DNA from: Polyangiales bacterium
Lineage (GTDB): Bacteria; Myxococcota_A; Polyangia; Polyangiales; Polyangiaceae
Direction of reading: 5' to 3'
Assembly (NCBI GenBank): GCA_038231275.1
Contig: JBBRLQ010000037.1
Span: 1 to 64,000, forward strand
DNA length: 64,000 nucleotides
The stretch's first letter is position 1; each line of letters opens with the position of its first letter. Under the pieces are notes generated by a model that did not search any database, was not told where the DNA came from, and saw nothing but the letters and a program-made list of their open reading frames with translations. Of this stretch, positions 27,617-37,595 are shown one piece after another. The position numbers were made by a program, and so were the translations under genes.

Positions 27617-30570
27617 CCGGTCTCCTCGTCGAGGCGGGCGGGATCCTCGTCGCGTGGGTGGCGCTCCTCGTCGCCGAGAACCTCCTCGTGGGCATCGCCT
27701 ACCGGGACATGTTCGCGGGCAGCTGGGAGATGGGCCTCGCGCGGACGCACCTGTCGCCAATCCTCTTCGCGGCGCTGGTGCCGGCGTCGCTGGTCCTCGC
27801 GGCGTGCGCGCGCGTCGTAAGGAAGAGCGAGACCGACGCGGTCGCGCGACGCGTCACCGTCATCGTCGCGGTCGGGCTTGGTGGCATGCTGGGATACGGC
27901 GTGACATTCGGCCGTCACTTCGCGTCGTGGGGCGTGCGCGCGCCGTTCGTGGCGGGCGTCGCGATCGCCTTCGGGGTGATCGCCGCGTGGGCGGCTCCGC
28001 GTGCCGGTCGCCTCGCGAGGCAGTCACCGCGTCTGGCGATCGGCGCGGGCGTCGTGACCTGCGCTGCGTGCTGGTGGTCGGACGCACACGTGCTGCCGCG
28101 CCTGTATCCGGCGTTCCATGCCGCGCTCTTCGCGGGCGTGCTGGCCTCTGGCGCCACGGTCGCCCTCGCGTTTCGAGCGGCCCCGCGCGGCAAGATGATG
28201 GCGTGGGTCGGGCTCGGCGTCGGCGTGGTGTCGCTCCTCTGGGCGCGCCGCGCGGCGGCCTCGGTTCGTAGCGCGGACAATCTGCGGTTGATCCTCCTCG
28301 AGCACGCCCCGCTCCTCGGTCGCGCGGTGCGCATCGCGACGTGGCTCGCGCCGCCGCCCCTCGACGACGTGGAGGACGCGCCCGCAGGCGACGGGCATGC
28401 GGCGGCGGCGCGCGTGCTCGACTGGACCGGTCGCGACGTCCTGCTCGTGTCGGTCGACGCGCTGCGAGCCGATCACGTCGGCGCGTACGGGTACGCGCGC
28501 CCGACGACGCCCCACCTCGACGCGCTCGCCCGCGAAGGCGCGACGTTCGACGCCGCGTATTGCCCGACGCCGCACACGTCGTACTCGATCACGTCGATGA
28601 TGACGGGAAAGTACATGCATCCGCTCCTCGCGCTCGGCGTCGGCGAGGACTCGGAGACCTGGGCGTCGTATGCGCGGCGCTACGGGTACCGCACGGCGGC
28701 GTTCTATCCGCCGGCCGTCTTCTTCATCGACGCGCCCCAGTTCGCGCGCTTCGAGGAGCGAGGGCTCGATTTCGAGTACCGCAAAGTGGAGTTCGCGACG
28801 CCGGCGTTGCGCGCCGAGCAGCTCGCCGAGTACCTCGCGACCGCGAAGGCAGGCACTCCGCTCTTCGTGTGGGTCCACCTCTTCGAGCCGCACGAGCCGT
28901 ACGTCGCGCACCCCGAGCACCCGTTCGGTATCGCAGGCAGCCCGTCCGACGTCGACGCGTACGACAGCGAGATCGCCGCCGCAGACGACGGCCTCGGCAA
29001 GCTCGTCGCGACGTTCCGTGCCCAAAGGCCGGGCGGCGTGATCGTCGTGACCGCAGATCATGGCGAGGAGTTCGGCGAGCACGGCGGCCACTACCACGGC
29101 ACGACGGTGTACGAAGAGCAGGTGCGCGTGCCGCTCGTCGTCGTCGGCCCCGGCGTCGCGCCGCGCAGGATCGCGGCGCCCGTGCAAACCATCGATCTCC
29201 TCCCCACAGTGCTGTCGGCCCTCGGCGTCCCGCGTCCACCACGCCTCCGCGGGCGCGATCTCGGCGCGCGCCTCGCCGGGAACGCCGTGGCCGAGCCGGG
29301 CGTCGCCTTCGCGGAGACCGACGACTACACGCTCTACGCGCGCGACGCCGAACGCCTCGTATGCGCGCGCAAGGTCGGCGCGTGCGCGCTCTACGATGTC
29401 GCCACGGATCCCCACGAGACGCGGGATCTCTCGCGCGAGCGCGAGGCCGACGCGCGCGAGATGCGAAAGGCCACGCGCGCGCTCGAGTCGGGCGCGGCGC
29501 GGTACGAGTCGGGCGCGGGCGCCGAGCTGCCGGACGCCATCCGTCGTGGGCTCATGGGTGACGTCGAGGCAGCGCCCGATGTCGCCGCGCTGCTCGACGA
29601 CGTGAAGCCGGACCTGCGCAGGCGCGCGGCGGAGGTGCTGTTTCGCCTCCACGCGAAAGAGACCGCGCCAGCGCTCGCGCGCGCTCTCGCGCGTGACGAG
29701 GACGACGTCGTGCAGCGCTTCGCCGCAGTCGGGCTCTTGCGGGTGGGCGGAGGAGGCGGAGGAGGCGACTCGCGCGCCACGTCGCTCCTCGCCGACGCCG
29801 ACGTCCAGTGGCGTCGCCGCGCGGCGCTCGCGTTCGCCGAGCAAGGGGACGCGCGCGGGGAAGGGGAGCTCGTTCGGTGGTGGACCACGGAAGGACCCCC
29901 CGCGCGGGGCCTCGGCTTCGAGGAGGCGCGCGAGGTCCTCGCGGCGATCGCGAAGGTGCGCGCGAAGGATGCGGCGCCGGCGCTCGTCGGTTCGCTCTCC
30001 GACGTGCGCTTGCGACCCGACGTGGCCGACGCGCTCGGCGCCCTCGGCGACCCTCGCGCGAAGGCGCCGCTCCTCGCGGCCTTCACGGAAGAGCGATTCG
30101 TCTCGGCGCGCCCCCACGAGGCGCGCGCGCTCATGAAGCTGGGAGCGCGCACGGAGCTCGCGGCGCCGCTCGCGCGGTTCGCGGGAGTGCCCGAGCCGAT
30201 GCTCGCCGCGATCGCGATCGCGGCGAGCGCGGGTCTCCTCGTCCCGGAGCGCGGCGGATGGTCATCGCCCACGCCGACTCCCTCGATCGACGTGACGCTC
30301 GCGGCGCCGCGTGGACCGGCGCGTCTCCTCGTCCTCGGCGCCCCCGGAAATGCCCCGCGCGGGACGTACGGCGACGCGCCTCTCGTCTTCACGACCGACG
30401 GCGACACGAGCGTCGCCGCGGTCCCGGAGCGCACCGGAAAGATCGCGGTTCACATCGACGCGGCGGGCGGCCTCAGGGCGCTCTGGCTGGTCCCGCTCGA
30501 CAAAGAAATCCCCCCTCCCGCGCCGCGTCCGTGGGATGGGGAAGCCGGGGCCGTCGACGACCCACGTTGA
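27607..30570 (+). CDS. Membrane-anchored sulfatase-like hydrolase/transferase with HEAT repeats
   Basis: TM region; VDALRADH, PTTPHLD, EPHEPY, TADHGEEF, HG; HEAT-like C-terminus; start approximate. Confidence 0.85.
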   Translation: MRLTGLLVEAGGILVAWVALLVAENLLVGIAYRDMFAGSWEMGLARTHLSPILFAALVPASLVLAACARVVRKSETDAVARRVTVIVAVGLGGMLGYGVTFGRHFASWGVRAPFVAGVAIAFGVIAAWAAPRAGRLARQSPRLAIGAGVVTCAACWWSDAHVLPRLYPAFHAALFAGVLASGATVALAFRAAPRGKMMAWVGLGVGVVSLLWARRAAASVRSADNLRLILLEHAPLLGRAVRIATWLAPPPLDDVEDAPAGDGHAAAARVLDWTGRDVLLVSVDALRADHVGAYGYARPTTPHLDALAREGATFDAAYCPTPHTSYSITSMMTGKYMHPLLALGVGEDSETWASYARRYGYRTAAFYPPAVFFIDAPQFARFEERGLDFEYRKVEFATPALRAEQLAEYLATAKAGTPLFVWVHLFEPHEPYVAHPEHPFGIAGSPSDVDAYDSEIAAADDGLGKLVATFRAQRPGGVIVVTADHGEEFGEHGGHYHGTTVYEEQVRVPLVVVGPGVAPRRIAAPVQTIDLLPTVLSALGVPRPPRLRGRDLGARLAGNAVAEPGVAFAETDDYTLYARDAERLVCARKVGACALYDVATDPHETRDLSREREADAREMRKATRALESGAARYESGAGAELPDAIRRGLMGDVEAAPDVAALLDDVKPDLRRRAAEVLFRLHAKETAPALARALARDEDDVVQRFAAVGLLRVGGGGGGGDSRATSLLADADVQWRRRAALAFAEQGDARGEGELVRWWTTEGPPARGLGFEEAREVLAAIAKVRAKDAAPALVGSLSDVRLRPDVADALGALGDPRAKAPLLAAFTEERFVSARPHEARALMKLGARTELAAPLARFAGVPEPMLAAIAIAASAGLLVPERGGWSSPTPTPSIDVTLAAPRGPARLLVLGAPGNAPRGTYGDAPLVFTTDGDTSVAAVPERTGKIAVHIDAAGGLRALWLVPLDKEIPPPAPRPWDGEAGAVDDPR

Positions 30571-30616
30571 CGGAAAAGGCCCACGAGATAGAGTGCCGAC
30601 CCAGCAGGTGAGCGCC

Positions 30617-31864
30617 GTGTCCGATACCCCCGAAAAGACCGAGAAAAAAGACGAGAAGCCCCTCGAGGGCGCCGGGCTGCCGAAGGACGACGAGCTCGTC
30701 GTCGCCGCGGATGCGAAGGCCGACGCCGACGAGGCAGCTGACAGGGAGGCGGACGAACCCGCTGCGGAGGAGGTCGACGACGCGTCCCCCGAGGCCATCG
30801 CGCGACGCGTCGCGGCCCTGGGCGATGAGGACGAGAGCGAGAAGATCTCCCGTGCCGAGGAGGAGAAGCTCGCCGAGCGCCGCGCCAAAATGAAGCGCGG
30901 CAAGAAGGGTGGCCTCGAGGCCGCCGCGAGCAAGCGCCTCGCGAGGATCGCCGAGAAGGCGCAGCCCAAGAAGATGATCGCCTCCGCGGTCGACGGCGCC
31001 GATCCGCTCCTCAACCAGACCGCCAAGCTCTCGTCGTGGGCGAAGAAGAACCAGAAGTCGGTGAGCACCGTCGTGATGGTCGCCGCGGTCGCCGTCGCCG
31101 CGGTCGGCGGGTACAACTACTGGCAGCAGAAGAAGGAGGGCGACGCGTCGGCGGAGCTCTCCAAGGCCGTCGCCGACGAGCGCGGCCGCATCGGCGATCC
31201 CGACAAGGAGAAGGAAGAGGAGGGGAACGGTCCGAAGGACACGCGCCCGCTCTTCAAGACCGCCGACGAGCGTCGCGAGAGCGCGCTCAAGAAGTTCCGC
31301 GACGTCGAGTCGCGCTTCCCCAACACCGGCGCCGCCATCCTCGCGCGCCTCTCCGAGGGCTCGCTCCTCCTCGACGCGCGCCAGCCCGATCCGGCCATCG
31401 TCGCCTTCACCGACGTGAAGAGCAGCGCGCTCGGCATGGCCGACGCCGAGGTCCGCGGCCGCGCGCTCGAGGGGCTCGGTTTCGCGTACGAGCAGAAGGG
31501 CAACCTCGACGAGGCCGCCAAGACGTTCAAGGATCTCGAGGCCACCGTCGACGTCCTCGGCTTCAAAGAGCTCGCCATGTACCACCAGGCGCGCGTGCTC
31601 GAAGCGCGCAACGGCGGCGGCGACAAGGAGAAGGCGAAGGAGCTCCTGAAGACCGTCCACGAGCGCATCAACAAGCCCGGCGAGAACTACCCGTTTCCGT
31701 ACCTGAAGGAGGTCGCCGACGACCGCCTCCGCGCGCTCGATCCCTCGGCGCTTCCGCCGAAGCAGAACAACCAGATGGGCGGCCCCGGCGGCAACAAGAT
31801 GAGCGAGGAGCAGATCAAGCGCCTCATCGAGCAGATGAAGAAGCAGGGCGGCGGAGCTCCGTGA
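30617..31864 (+). CDS. YfgM-like TPR membrane protein
   Basis: Acidic N-terminus, single TM, TPRs; directly upstream of the BamB-like gene. Confidence 0.7.
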   Translation: MSDTPEKTEKKDEKPLEGAGLPKDDELVVAADAKADADEAADREADEPAAEEVDDASPEAIARRVAALGDEDESEKISRAEEEKLAERRAKMKRGKKGGLEAAASKRLARIAEKAQPKKMIASAVDGADPLLNQTAKLSSWAKKNQKSVSTVVMVAAVAVAAVGGYNYWQQKKEGDASAELSKAVADERGRIGDPDKEKEEEGNGPKDTRPLFKTADERRESALKKFRDVESRFPNTGAAILARLSEGSLLLDARQPDPAIVAFTDVKSSALGMADAEVRGRALEGLGFAYEQKGNLDEAAKTFKDLEATVDVLGFKELAMYHQARVLEARNGGGDKEKAKELLKTVHERINKPGENYPFPYLKEVADDRLRALDPSALPPKQNNQMGGPGGNKMSEEQIKRLIEQMKKQGGGAP

Positions 31865-33165
31865 TGCGCCTCGGCCTCGTCGCGACCTCGTCGCTCTCGA
31901 CGCTCGTCGCTCTCGTCCTGCTCGGCGCCGGCTGCGCCACGGCGGAGACCGCGAACGATCGCGTGAACCCCGAGAACCCGACGTGGTACTCGCGGCCCAG
32001 CGGCGCGATGCACGTCATCGCGCACCGCACGCTCACGGCGAACTCGCGCACCGTCGGCGAGGACTACGAGCGCGGCCGCGCCGAGATCGACGCGATGCGC
32101 GGTCGTGTGTTCGTGGGCTCCGCAGACCACGGCCTCTACGCCCTCCGCGCCGGCAACGGCTCGACCATCTGGCGTTACGAGACTCTCGGCGTCGTGCAGT
32201 GCGAGCCGCTCTACGACGGCGAGCTCGACGTCGTCTACTTCGGCTCCCACGACGGCGCGCTCTACGCCGTGCGCGCGGCCGACGGCGTCCTCTTGTGGAG
32301 GTTCACGAGCGGCGCCGAGGTCGCCAAGAAGCCGGCCCTCGCCGGCGAAATCCTCCTCTTCGCGAACGCGTCCGATCAGCTCTTCGCTGTGGACCGTCGC
32401 ACCGGCAAGCCGAAGTGGAACGTCCACCGCACGCCCGCCCTCGGCATGGAGGTCGCGGGGTACGCCGGACCGACGTACGACGCGGGGCTCGGCCTCGTCT
32501 TCATGGCGTACTCCGACGGCCACGTCATCGCGTACAACGCCGTCGACGGCGCGGAGAAATGGACGCCGGTGGATCTCTCCGCCGAGGCCGAGCAGTCCGC
32601 CGGCGGAGACGCGCCGCGCTACCTCGACGTCGACACGACGCCGGTGCTCGACGACGGTCCCAATGGCCGCGTCGTCTACGTCGCCGGCTACTCGGGCGGC
32701 GTCTACGCGCTCGACGCGCAGACCGGCGCGCGCCTCTGGGCCAACGACAAGGCGACCGGCGTGAATGATCTCCTTCTGTGGGACGAGCCGGCGCACGCGC
32801 CCACGCCGGGCGGCCCACTCTCCGGCGGACCGATAGTTCCTGCCAAGAAGATCCTCCTCGCGGCGAGCGCCATCACGGGACTTTGGGGAATGGAGCCGTC
32901 GACCGGACGGATGCTGTGGCGAATTCCGGTCCCGGAAGGCGGAATCACGGCCCCCGTGCCCGTCGCCGGCGCCATCGTCGTCGGCACGACCCGCTACGGG
33001 CTCTTCCTCATTTCCCCGCGAAATGGCCGCGTCATCGATGGCCTAGACCTCGGCACCGGTGTCGCGCAGACCCCTGCCGCGTACGGCGATCGCGCCTACG
33101 CGATGACGAACCAGGGCATTTTCCTGGGCATTCAGGTCGAGCAGCCGGTCCGCCGCCGTCGCTGA
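31864..33165 (+). CDS. PQQ-type beta-propeller lipoprotein, BamB-like
   Basis: GAGC lipobox; repeated LYAL..x.G...W motifs; LDVDTTPV. Confidence 0.8.
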   Translation: MRLGLVATSSLSTLVALVLLGAGCATAETANDRVNPENPTWYSRPSGAMHVIAHRTLTANSRTVGEDYERGRAEIDAMRGRVFVGSADHGLYALRAGNGSTIWRYETLGVVQCEPLYDGELDVVYFGSHDGALYAVRAADGVLLWRFTSGAEVAKKPALAGEILLFANASDQLFAVDRRTGKPKWNVHRTPALGMEVAGYAGPTYDAGLGLVFMAYSDGHVIAYNAVDGAEKWTPVDLSAEAEQSAGGDAPRYLDVDTTPVLDDGPNGRVVYVAGYSGGVYALDAQTGARLWANDKATGVNDLLLWDEPAHAPTPGGPLSGGPIVPAKKILLAASAITGLWGMEPSTGRMLWRIPVPEGGITAPVPVAGAIVVGTTRYGLFLISPRNGRVIDGLDLGTGVAQTPAAYGDRAYAMTNQGIFLGIQVEQPVRRRR

Positions 33166-33216
33166 AAGACTGAACGGGTGGGGGGATTTCCGACCGGCGG
33201 CGCGTAGGACGTGCCG

Positions 33217-33891
33217 ATGCGAACGCTTCTCTTCTTCGTGACCGCCTCGTTCTTCGGCGTCTCGCTCGCGGCCGGCTGCAGCGGCGCCGCCGACTCCGGG
33301 CTCTTCACCGGCGACGGCTCGCAAGCTCAAGGGGCCAGCAGCGGCACCAGCGGAACGAGCGGGGGGACCAGTGGTGGCACCAGCGGTGGAACGAGCGGCG
33401 GCACCAGCGGTGGAACGAGCGGCGGCACCAGCAGCAGTGGAACGAGCGGTGGCACCAGCAGCAGTGGAACGAGCGGCGGCACCAGTGGGTCGTCCGGCAA
33501 GGACGGGGGCAGCGGCGTCCCGTTCGCGTGCGGCAACGGCCCGACGTGCAGCGGCGGCACCACGTGCTGCGCCGAAGAGATCGACCAGCTGATCTCCGTG
33601 ACGACGAGCTACTACTGCGTCGGAAACGCCGGCCAGTGCAAATTCGACGGCGGCGCAGGCGCGGTCATCCTCTGCCACAACGAGAACGACTGCGGCGGCC
33701 GCTTCTGCTGCGGCAACTTCGACGGGCGCATCTACCAGAGCGTCACGTGCGCGTCCTCGTGCGACCCCTCTGACTCCGGCACCAACGACCACGTCCGCTT
33801 CTGCGACCCGGCCAAGAACGGAACGGACTGCCCGAGCGGCCAGGGCTGCGCGCAAAGCAACGTCCTCCAGGGGTTCTACCGCTGCGGGTGA
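33217..33891 (+). CDS. Lipoprotein with SGGT-repeat linker and Cys-rich C-terminus
   Basis: AAGC lipobox; tandem TSGG repeats at about 33340-33490. Confidence 0.8.
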   Translation: MRTLLFFVTASFFGVSLAAGCSGAADSGLFTGDGSQAQGASSGTSGTSGGTSGGTSGGTSGGTSGGTSGGTSSSGTSGGTSSSGTSGGTSGSSGKDGGSGVPFACGNGPTCSGGTTCCAEEIDQLISVTTSYYCVGNAGQCKFDGGAGAVILCHNENDCGGRFCCGNFDGRIYQSVTCASSCDPSDSGTNDHVRFCDPAKNGTDCPSGQGCAQSNVLQGFYRCG

Positions 33892-33913
33892 GGAGTCAGG
33901 TACTCTCCCGGGG

Positions 33914-34549
33914 GTGAAGCGAGCCATCCTTGCGGCGTGTTGGGTGTTCGGTGTCTACGGCTGGGCGGCGTGCTCGAGCGACACGCCGTCCGATGGATCC
34001 GGGAACGACGGCGGCGCCGACGCGACGTCCGATACGGGCCGTGACGCGCCGGCCGACACGAGCGCGAACGACGCGGTCGCCGATCAGGGCGACGTCCCGG
34101 ACGCGAGCGCCGACGCGAACGATGCGGCCACGAAGGATGCGAACGCGTCCGATGCCGCCGACGCCAGCGACGCCGCCGACGCGAACGACGCCGCCGACGC
34201 GAACGACGCGGCGGCCGACGGGCCCGAGACGTTCACGGATCTGTACGCCAGCGTCCTCACGGCGAACGGCTGCGCGCCGCACCACGGGGGTGCGACTCCG
34301 CCCGGCGGCCTCGACATGAGCACGCAGGCGAAGGCCTACGCGAACCTCGTCGGCGTCGCGGCCGGCGACGCAGGGTGTGGAACGCGCGTGGTCGCCGGCG
34401 ACGCGTCGGCGAGCTTCCTTTACCAGAAAGTGAAGGGGACCCAGCCGGTCGGCTGCGGCGTTCAGATGCCGTTTGGCGCCGCGCCGATTCCGCAGTCGGA
34501 CATCGACAAGATCGGCAACTGGATCGGTCGCGGCGCGCCCAACGATTGA
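33914..34549 (+). CDS. Lipoprotein with Asp/Ala linker and cytochrome-c-like domain
   Basis: AAC lipobox; GCAPHH...GLD...S.LYQK...QMP...NWIGRGA. Confidence 0.7.
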   Translation: MKRAILAACWVFGVYGWAACSSDTPSDGSGNDGGADATSDTGRDAPADTSANDAVADQGDVPDASADANDAATKDANASDAADASDAADANDAADANDAAADGPETFTDLYASVLTANGCAPHHGGATPPGGLDMSTQAKAYANLVGVAAGDAGCGTRVVAGDASASFLYQKVKGTQPVGCGVQMPFGAAPIPQSDIDKIGNWIGRGAPND

Positions 34550-34573
34550 CCGCGGCGCATCGGGCACGCGTGG

Positions 34574-35347
34574 CTAAGTCCGCGCGCGCGCGAGCTGCGC
34601 GATGAGGATGCCGGCCGCGACGCCGACGTTGAGCGACTCGACGGCGCCGTTGCCGCGAACCGCCACCGTGGCGTCGCACTCTTCGCGGATTCGGGGCGCG
34701 AGGCCCTCGCGCTCGTTGCCCATGACGAGGACGCAGGGCCGTGGAAACAGGTAGTCGCGTGCGTCGACGGTCGCGGCCTGGTCGGCGGCGATGACCCGCA
34801 CGCCTGCTCTTCGTAGGCGCGCGAGCGTGTCCTTGAGGTCGGTCGTGCGCGCGAGCTCGAGCTCTTCGGCGCCACCTTCGGCGACGCGAACCGCGTTGGT
34901 GTCGAGGCCCGGGTGCGGAGCCGGCGCCCCCATGATCGCGGCGTCCAGGCCGAAGAACGCCGCCGTCCGGAGGATCGCACCGATGTTGTACGGATTGCGG
35001 ACGCGATCGAGCGCCACGGCGGTCCCTTGCACGCGCGCGAGCCGGTCGGCGATCTCTTGCGGTGACTTCCAGACGCGCGGCCACGCTGCGATGCAGAGTC
35101 CCTCGTGCTGTGACGTCCCGCCGATTCGTTCAAGCTCGCGATCGGCGACGGCCGTGCACGGAACGTCGCGGGCGCGGAGGCGCCGGAGCGATGCCTCGAC
35201 CTCACGCTCGACACGATGAGAGAACGCGACGCGCTGAACGGCGTCTGGTCTTCGCGCGACGAGGGCTAGCCCCGCGCGCAGTCCAACTACGATCTCGCTG
35301 CTAGCCGCCGCATCTCGACGAGGCGGCGCACCGTCCTTGGTGGGCAA
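34574..35347 (-). CDS. TrmH/SpoU-family RNA methyltransferase
   Basis: NPYNIGAILRTA, MGNEREG, ESLNVGVA; start uncertain. Confidence 0.9.
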   Translation of the reverse strand: MPTKDGAPPRRDAAASSEIVVGLRAGLALVARRPDAVQRVAFSHRVEREVEASLRRLRARDVPCTAVADRELERIGGTSQHEGLCIAAWPRVWKSPQEIADRLARVQGTAVALDRVRNPYNIGAILRTAAFFGLDAAIMGAPAPHPGLDTNAVRVAEGGAEELELARTTDLKDTLARLRRAGVRVIAADQAATVDARDYLFPRPCVLVMGNEREGLAPRIREECDATVAVRGNGAVESLNVGVAAGILIAQLARART

Positions 35348-35363
35348 GTCGCGTCGAGCCGAA

Positions 35364-35678
35364 TCAGAATCCGTATTCGGCCGCGGACGTCGCACCCCAG
35401 GTGCGCGCGGTCGGCGCCGTCGGCGTCGCTGCGGCCCACGGATCCTCCGCCGGGAGCGGCTCGTTACGCAGGCGGACCGACGGGCCCCACGGGTCCTCGG
35501 CCCACCACGGCGGCAACGCGTCATGCGTGTACGGGGAGGGGGCGAGCTCGCTCCTTGCCAGCTCCGCGCTGGTCAGCTCCGTCACCCCGACCGGTTCGAC
35601 GGGCTGCGGAACGGCTCCCGCGCACCCCGACAGAATCATCGCGCCCACAACCGACAACAGACCGATGTAGTTCTTCAT
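35364..35678 (-). CDS. Small lipoprotein with AEDPW repeats
   Basis: MKNYIGLLSVVGAMILSGC signal and lipobox. Confidence 0.65.
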   Translation of the reverse strand: MKNYIGLLSVVGAMILSGCAGAVPQPVEPVGVTELTSAELARSELAPSPYTHDALPPWWAEDPWGPSVRLRNEPLPAEDPWAAATPTAPTARTWGATSAAEYGF

Positions 35679-35993
35679 ACGACATGTCAGGTAGCATCCT
35701 TCGAATGTCGCGCAAGCCCGGGCTGCGGGAGACGTCAACCTCATTGTCCGAAACGGCCGCAAGGGTGGCGAACGAAAGCTCGGAAATGACGACGCAAACG
35801 CCGGGCGCAAAATAAAACGGTCGCGCGCGAACGAGAACGGCGAGGGCGGGGCCATCAACCGCCAAACGAGGACGTCTCACGCCTGTCCCAACCGCGCGTG
35901 GCTGTGCGCTCCCGGCGACGTCGTCGCGCCCAGCTTCGCGGCCGTCGGGGACGGGCCAGCCGGCCGAGAGGGCCCCTCTCCGGGCCTCCGTAA

Positions 35994-36021
35994 AACGCGC
36001 ATAAGATGTATTATGTAAACT
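35994..36021 (+). other. dif: dif site (XerCD chromosome dimer resolution)
   Basis: AACGCGCATAA-GATGTA-TTATGTAAACT, an 11-6-11 match to the dif consensus, intergenic. Confidence 0.92.
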
Positions 36022-36112
36022 AACCGAGTGGGAACGGCTTGGATTCCGCGGGATCGCGGAAAACCGACTCGACGCGCGATCCGTGCTCTTTGGCGGCAGC
36101 GAAGCCAGATCG

Positions 36113-37078
36113 TCAGCGCTTGGCGAACGTCATGTCGAGTGTGAGCGTGTTGTTGTCGCCGGTCGTGACGCGCGCCTTTTTGTAGTCGGCGGCGGCGGGC
36201 CCCTCGGCCTTCTTGATCGCGTCGCGGATGGCCTTCGCCATCTTGTCCTGATCGCCGAGCGCGGACGTCAGCACCAAGTGCATGGCAAGGTCCCCGCCCC
36301 CGATCTCGTCGAGGCGCAGGTCCGCGAACGCGACGCCGTAGCCATCCAGCGTGCCGGCGGCCGTCGGGACGACCCAGGCCTCCGCGACGAGCGCCGGGGT
36401 CAGCTGCGGCTCGGTGCCCTTGAGCGCGAGCGGCTGGCCGGTCTTGCGACCCGTCACGGCGAGCGCGAACGGCTCGACGCGATCGCGCGGCACCATGGCG
36501 ACGTGCGTGTCGTCCAGGGCCACCTCGGTCCAGCTCTCCATGTTCATGATGGTGTTGTCTTTGGTCGCGAGGCCCGAGATCTTCTTGCCGGTCTTTGTGA
36601 GCTGCTTGGTTCCCTTCGGAACGAAGAAGACGCCGCTCTTCTTGGCCTGCGCGTCGGTCCCCTCGGTGCGGACGACCACGAGCCCGTCCTCCGCGCCGTC
36701 CCCGGCGATGCCGCGAAACGACGACGGCAGCGTGTGCACGCCCGACGCGAGCGCGAACAGCTCGGCCGGAAGCACGTCACGAAGCGGCGTGAGGAGCGTG
36801 TCCATCGGCGCGGTCGTCTTCTTGGCGCACACCATCACGGCGTTCGAGTCGTTCGGCACCCACGCCATCAGCGCGGCGAGGCTCCCCTTGTCCGCGATCT
36901 CGCGGCGCGGATCGGCCGCGGCGGCGGACGCCTTCGCGAGCTCGGGCATCGTGATCTTCATCTCCGGCGCGTCGATCTGGGTCGACGTGGTCGTCGTCTT
37001 GGGCGCCGGAGTCGCCGCGCACGCGGCCAGGATCGACGAAATCGCGGCGAAAGAAGCGAAAGATCCGATGCGTTTCAT
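36113..37078 (-). CDS. Hypothetical lipoprotein
   Basis: LAAC lipobox, strong codon bias. Confidence 0.75.
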   Translation of the reverse strand: MKRIGSFASFAAISSILAACAATPAPKTTTTSTQIDAPEMKITMPELAKASAAAADPRREIADKGSLAALMAWVPNDSNAVMVCAKKTTAPMDTLLTPLRDVLPAELFALASGVHTLPSSFRGIAGDGAEDGLVVVRTEGTDAQAKKSGVFFVPKGTKQLTKTGKKISGLATKDNTIMNMESWTEVALDDTHVAMVPRDRVEPFALAVTGRKTGQPLALKGTEPQLTPALVAEAWVVPTAAGTLDGYGVAFADLRLDEIGGGDLAMHLVLTSALGDQDKMAKAIRDAIKKAEGPAAADYKKARVTTGDNNTLTLDMTFAKR

Positions 37079-37211
37079 TGAGATGCGACCCCCGAAGGAT
37101 GCGAACGGTGACGATGGAAAGTTACCGCCTCCTCATACGACGAATTTTCGATTTGTCTCCCCTGAGAGACGACAAAGGCGCGCTTGGGACGGCCGATGCT
37201 AGAAACAGCGC

Positions 37212-37529
37212 ATGCGAAGCGTCATCGTGGGGTTCGTAGCGGTCGTCCTCGGCGTCTTGGGTGCGGCGTCGTGCTCGTCGAGCAGCTCTACGACGTCGAG
37301 CGGTGGAACCAGCGGGACGAGCAGCGGCACCAGCGGCACCAGCGGGACGACGAGCAGCGGCGGAACCGACGGCGGCACAGTGGTGCCCGAGGGCGGTCAC
37401 GCGTGCAACGTCCCCTCCGATTGCCCGGTGAACCCCGGCGCGGCCTGCATCAAGAATTGCCCGAACGGGAGCAACCCCTGCGCGACCGTCTGCGTGAATC
37501 ACCTCTGCGCGCTGGCGGGGTGCCCGTAA
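37212..37529 (+). CDS. Small Cys-rich lipoprotein with S/G/T linker
   Basis: AASC lipobox; eight Cys in the C-terminal domain. Confidence 0.7.
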   Translation: MRSVIVGFVAVVLGVLGAASCSSSSSTTSSGGTSGTSSGTSGTSGTTSSGGTDGGTVVPEGGHACNVPSDCPVNPGAACIKNCPNGSNPCATVCVNHLCALAGCP

Positions 37530-37595
37530 ACCGAACGGGAAGCGCTAACGCGCTCGAGGAACCGGGTGCGGTTCTCGTGAGCACCGCGCCGCTCG

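Noticed and set aside
33338..34220. SGGT and DA tandem repeats as arrays or contingency loci
   Set aside because: In-frame low-complexity linkers with varied codons, common in myxobacterial lipoproteins
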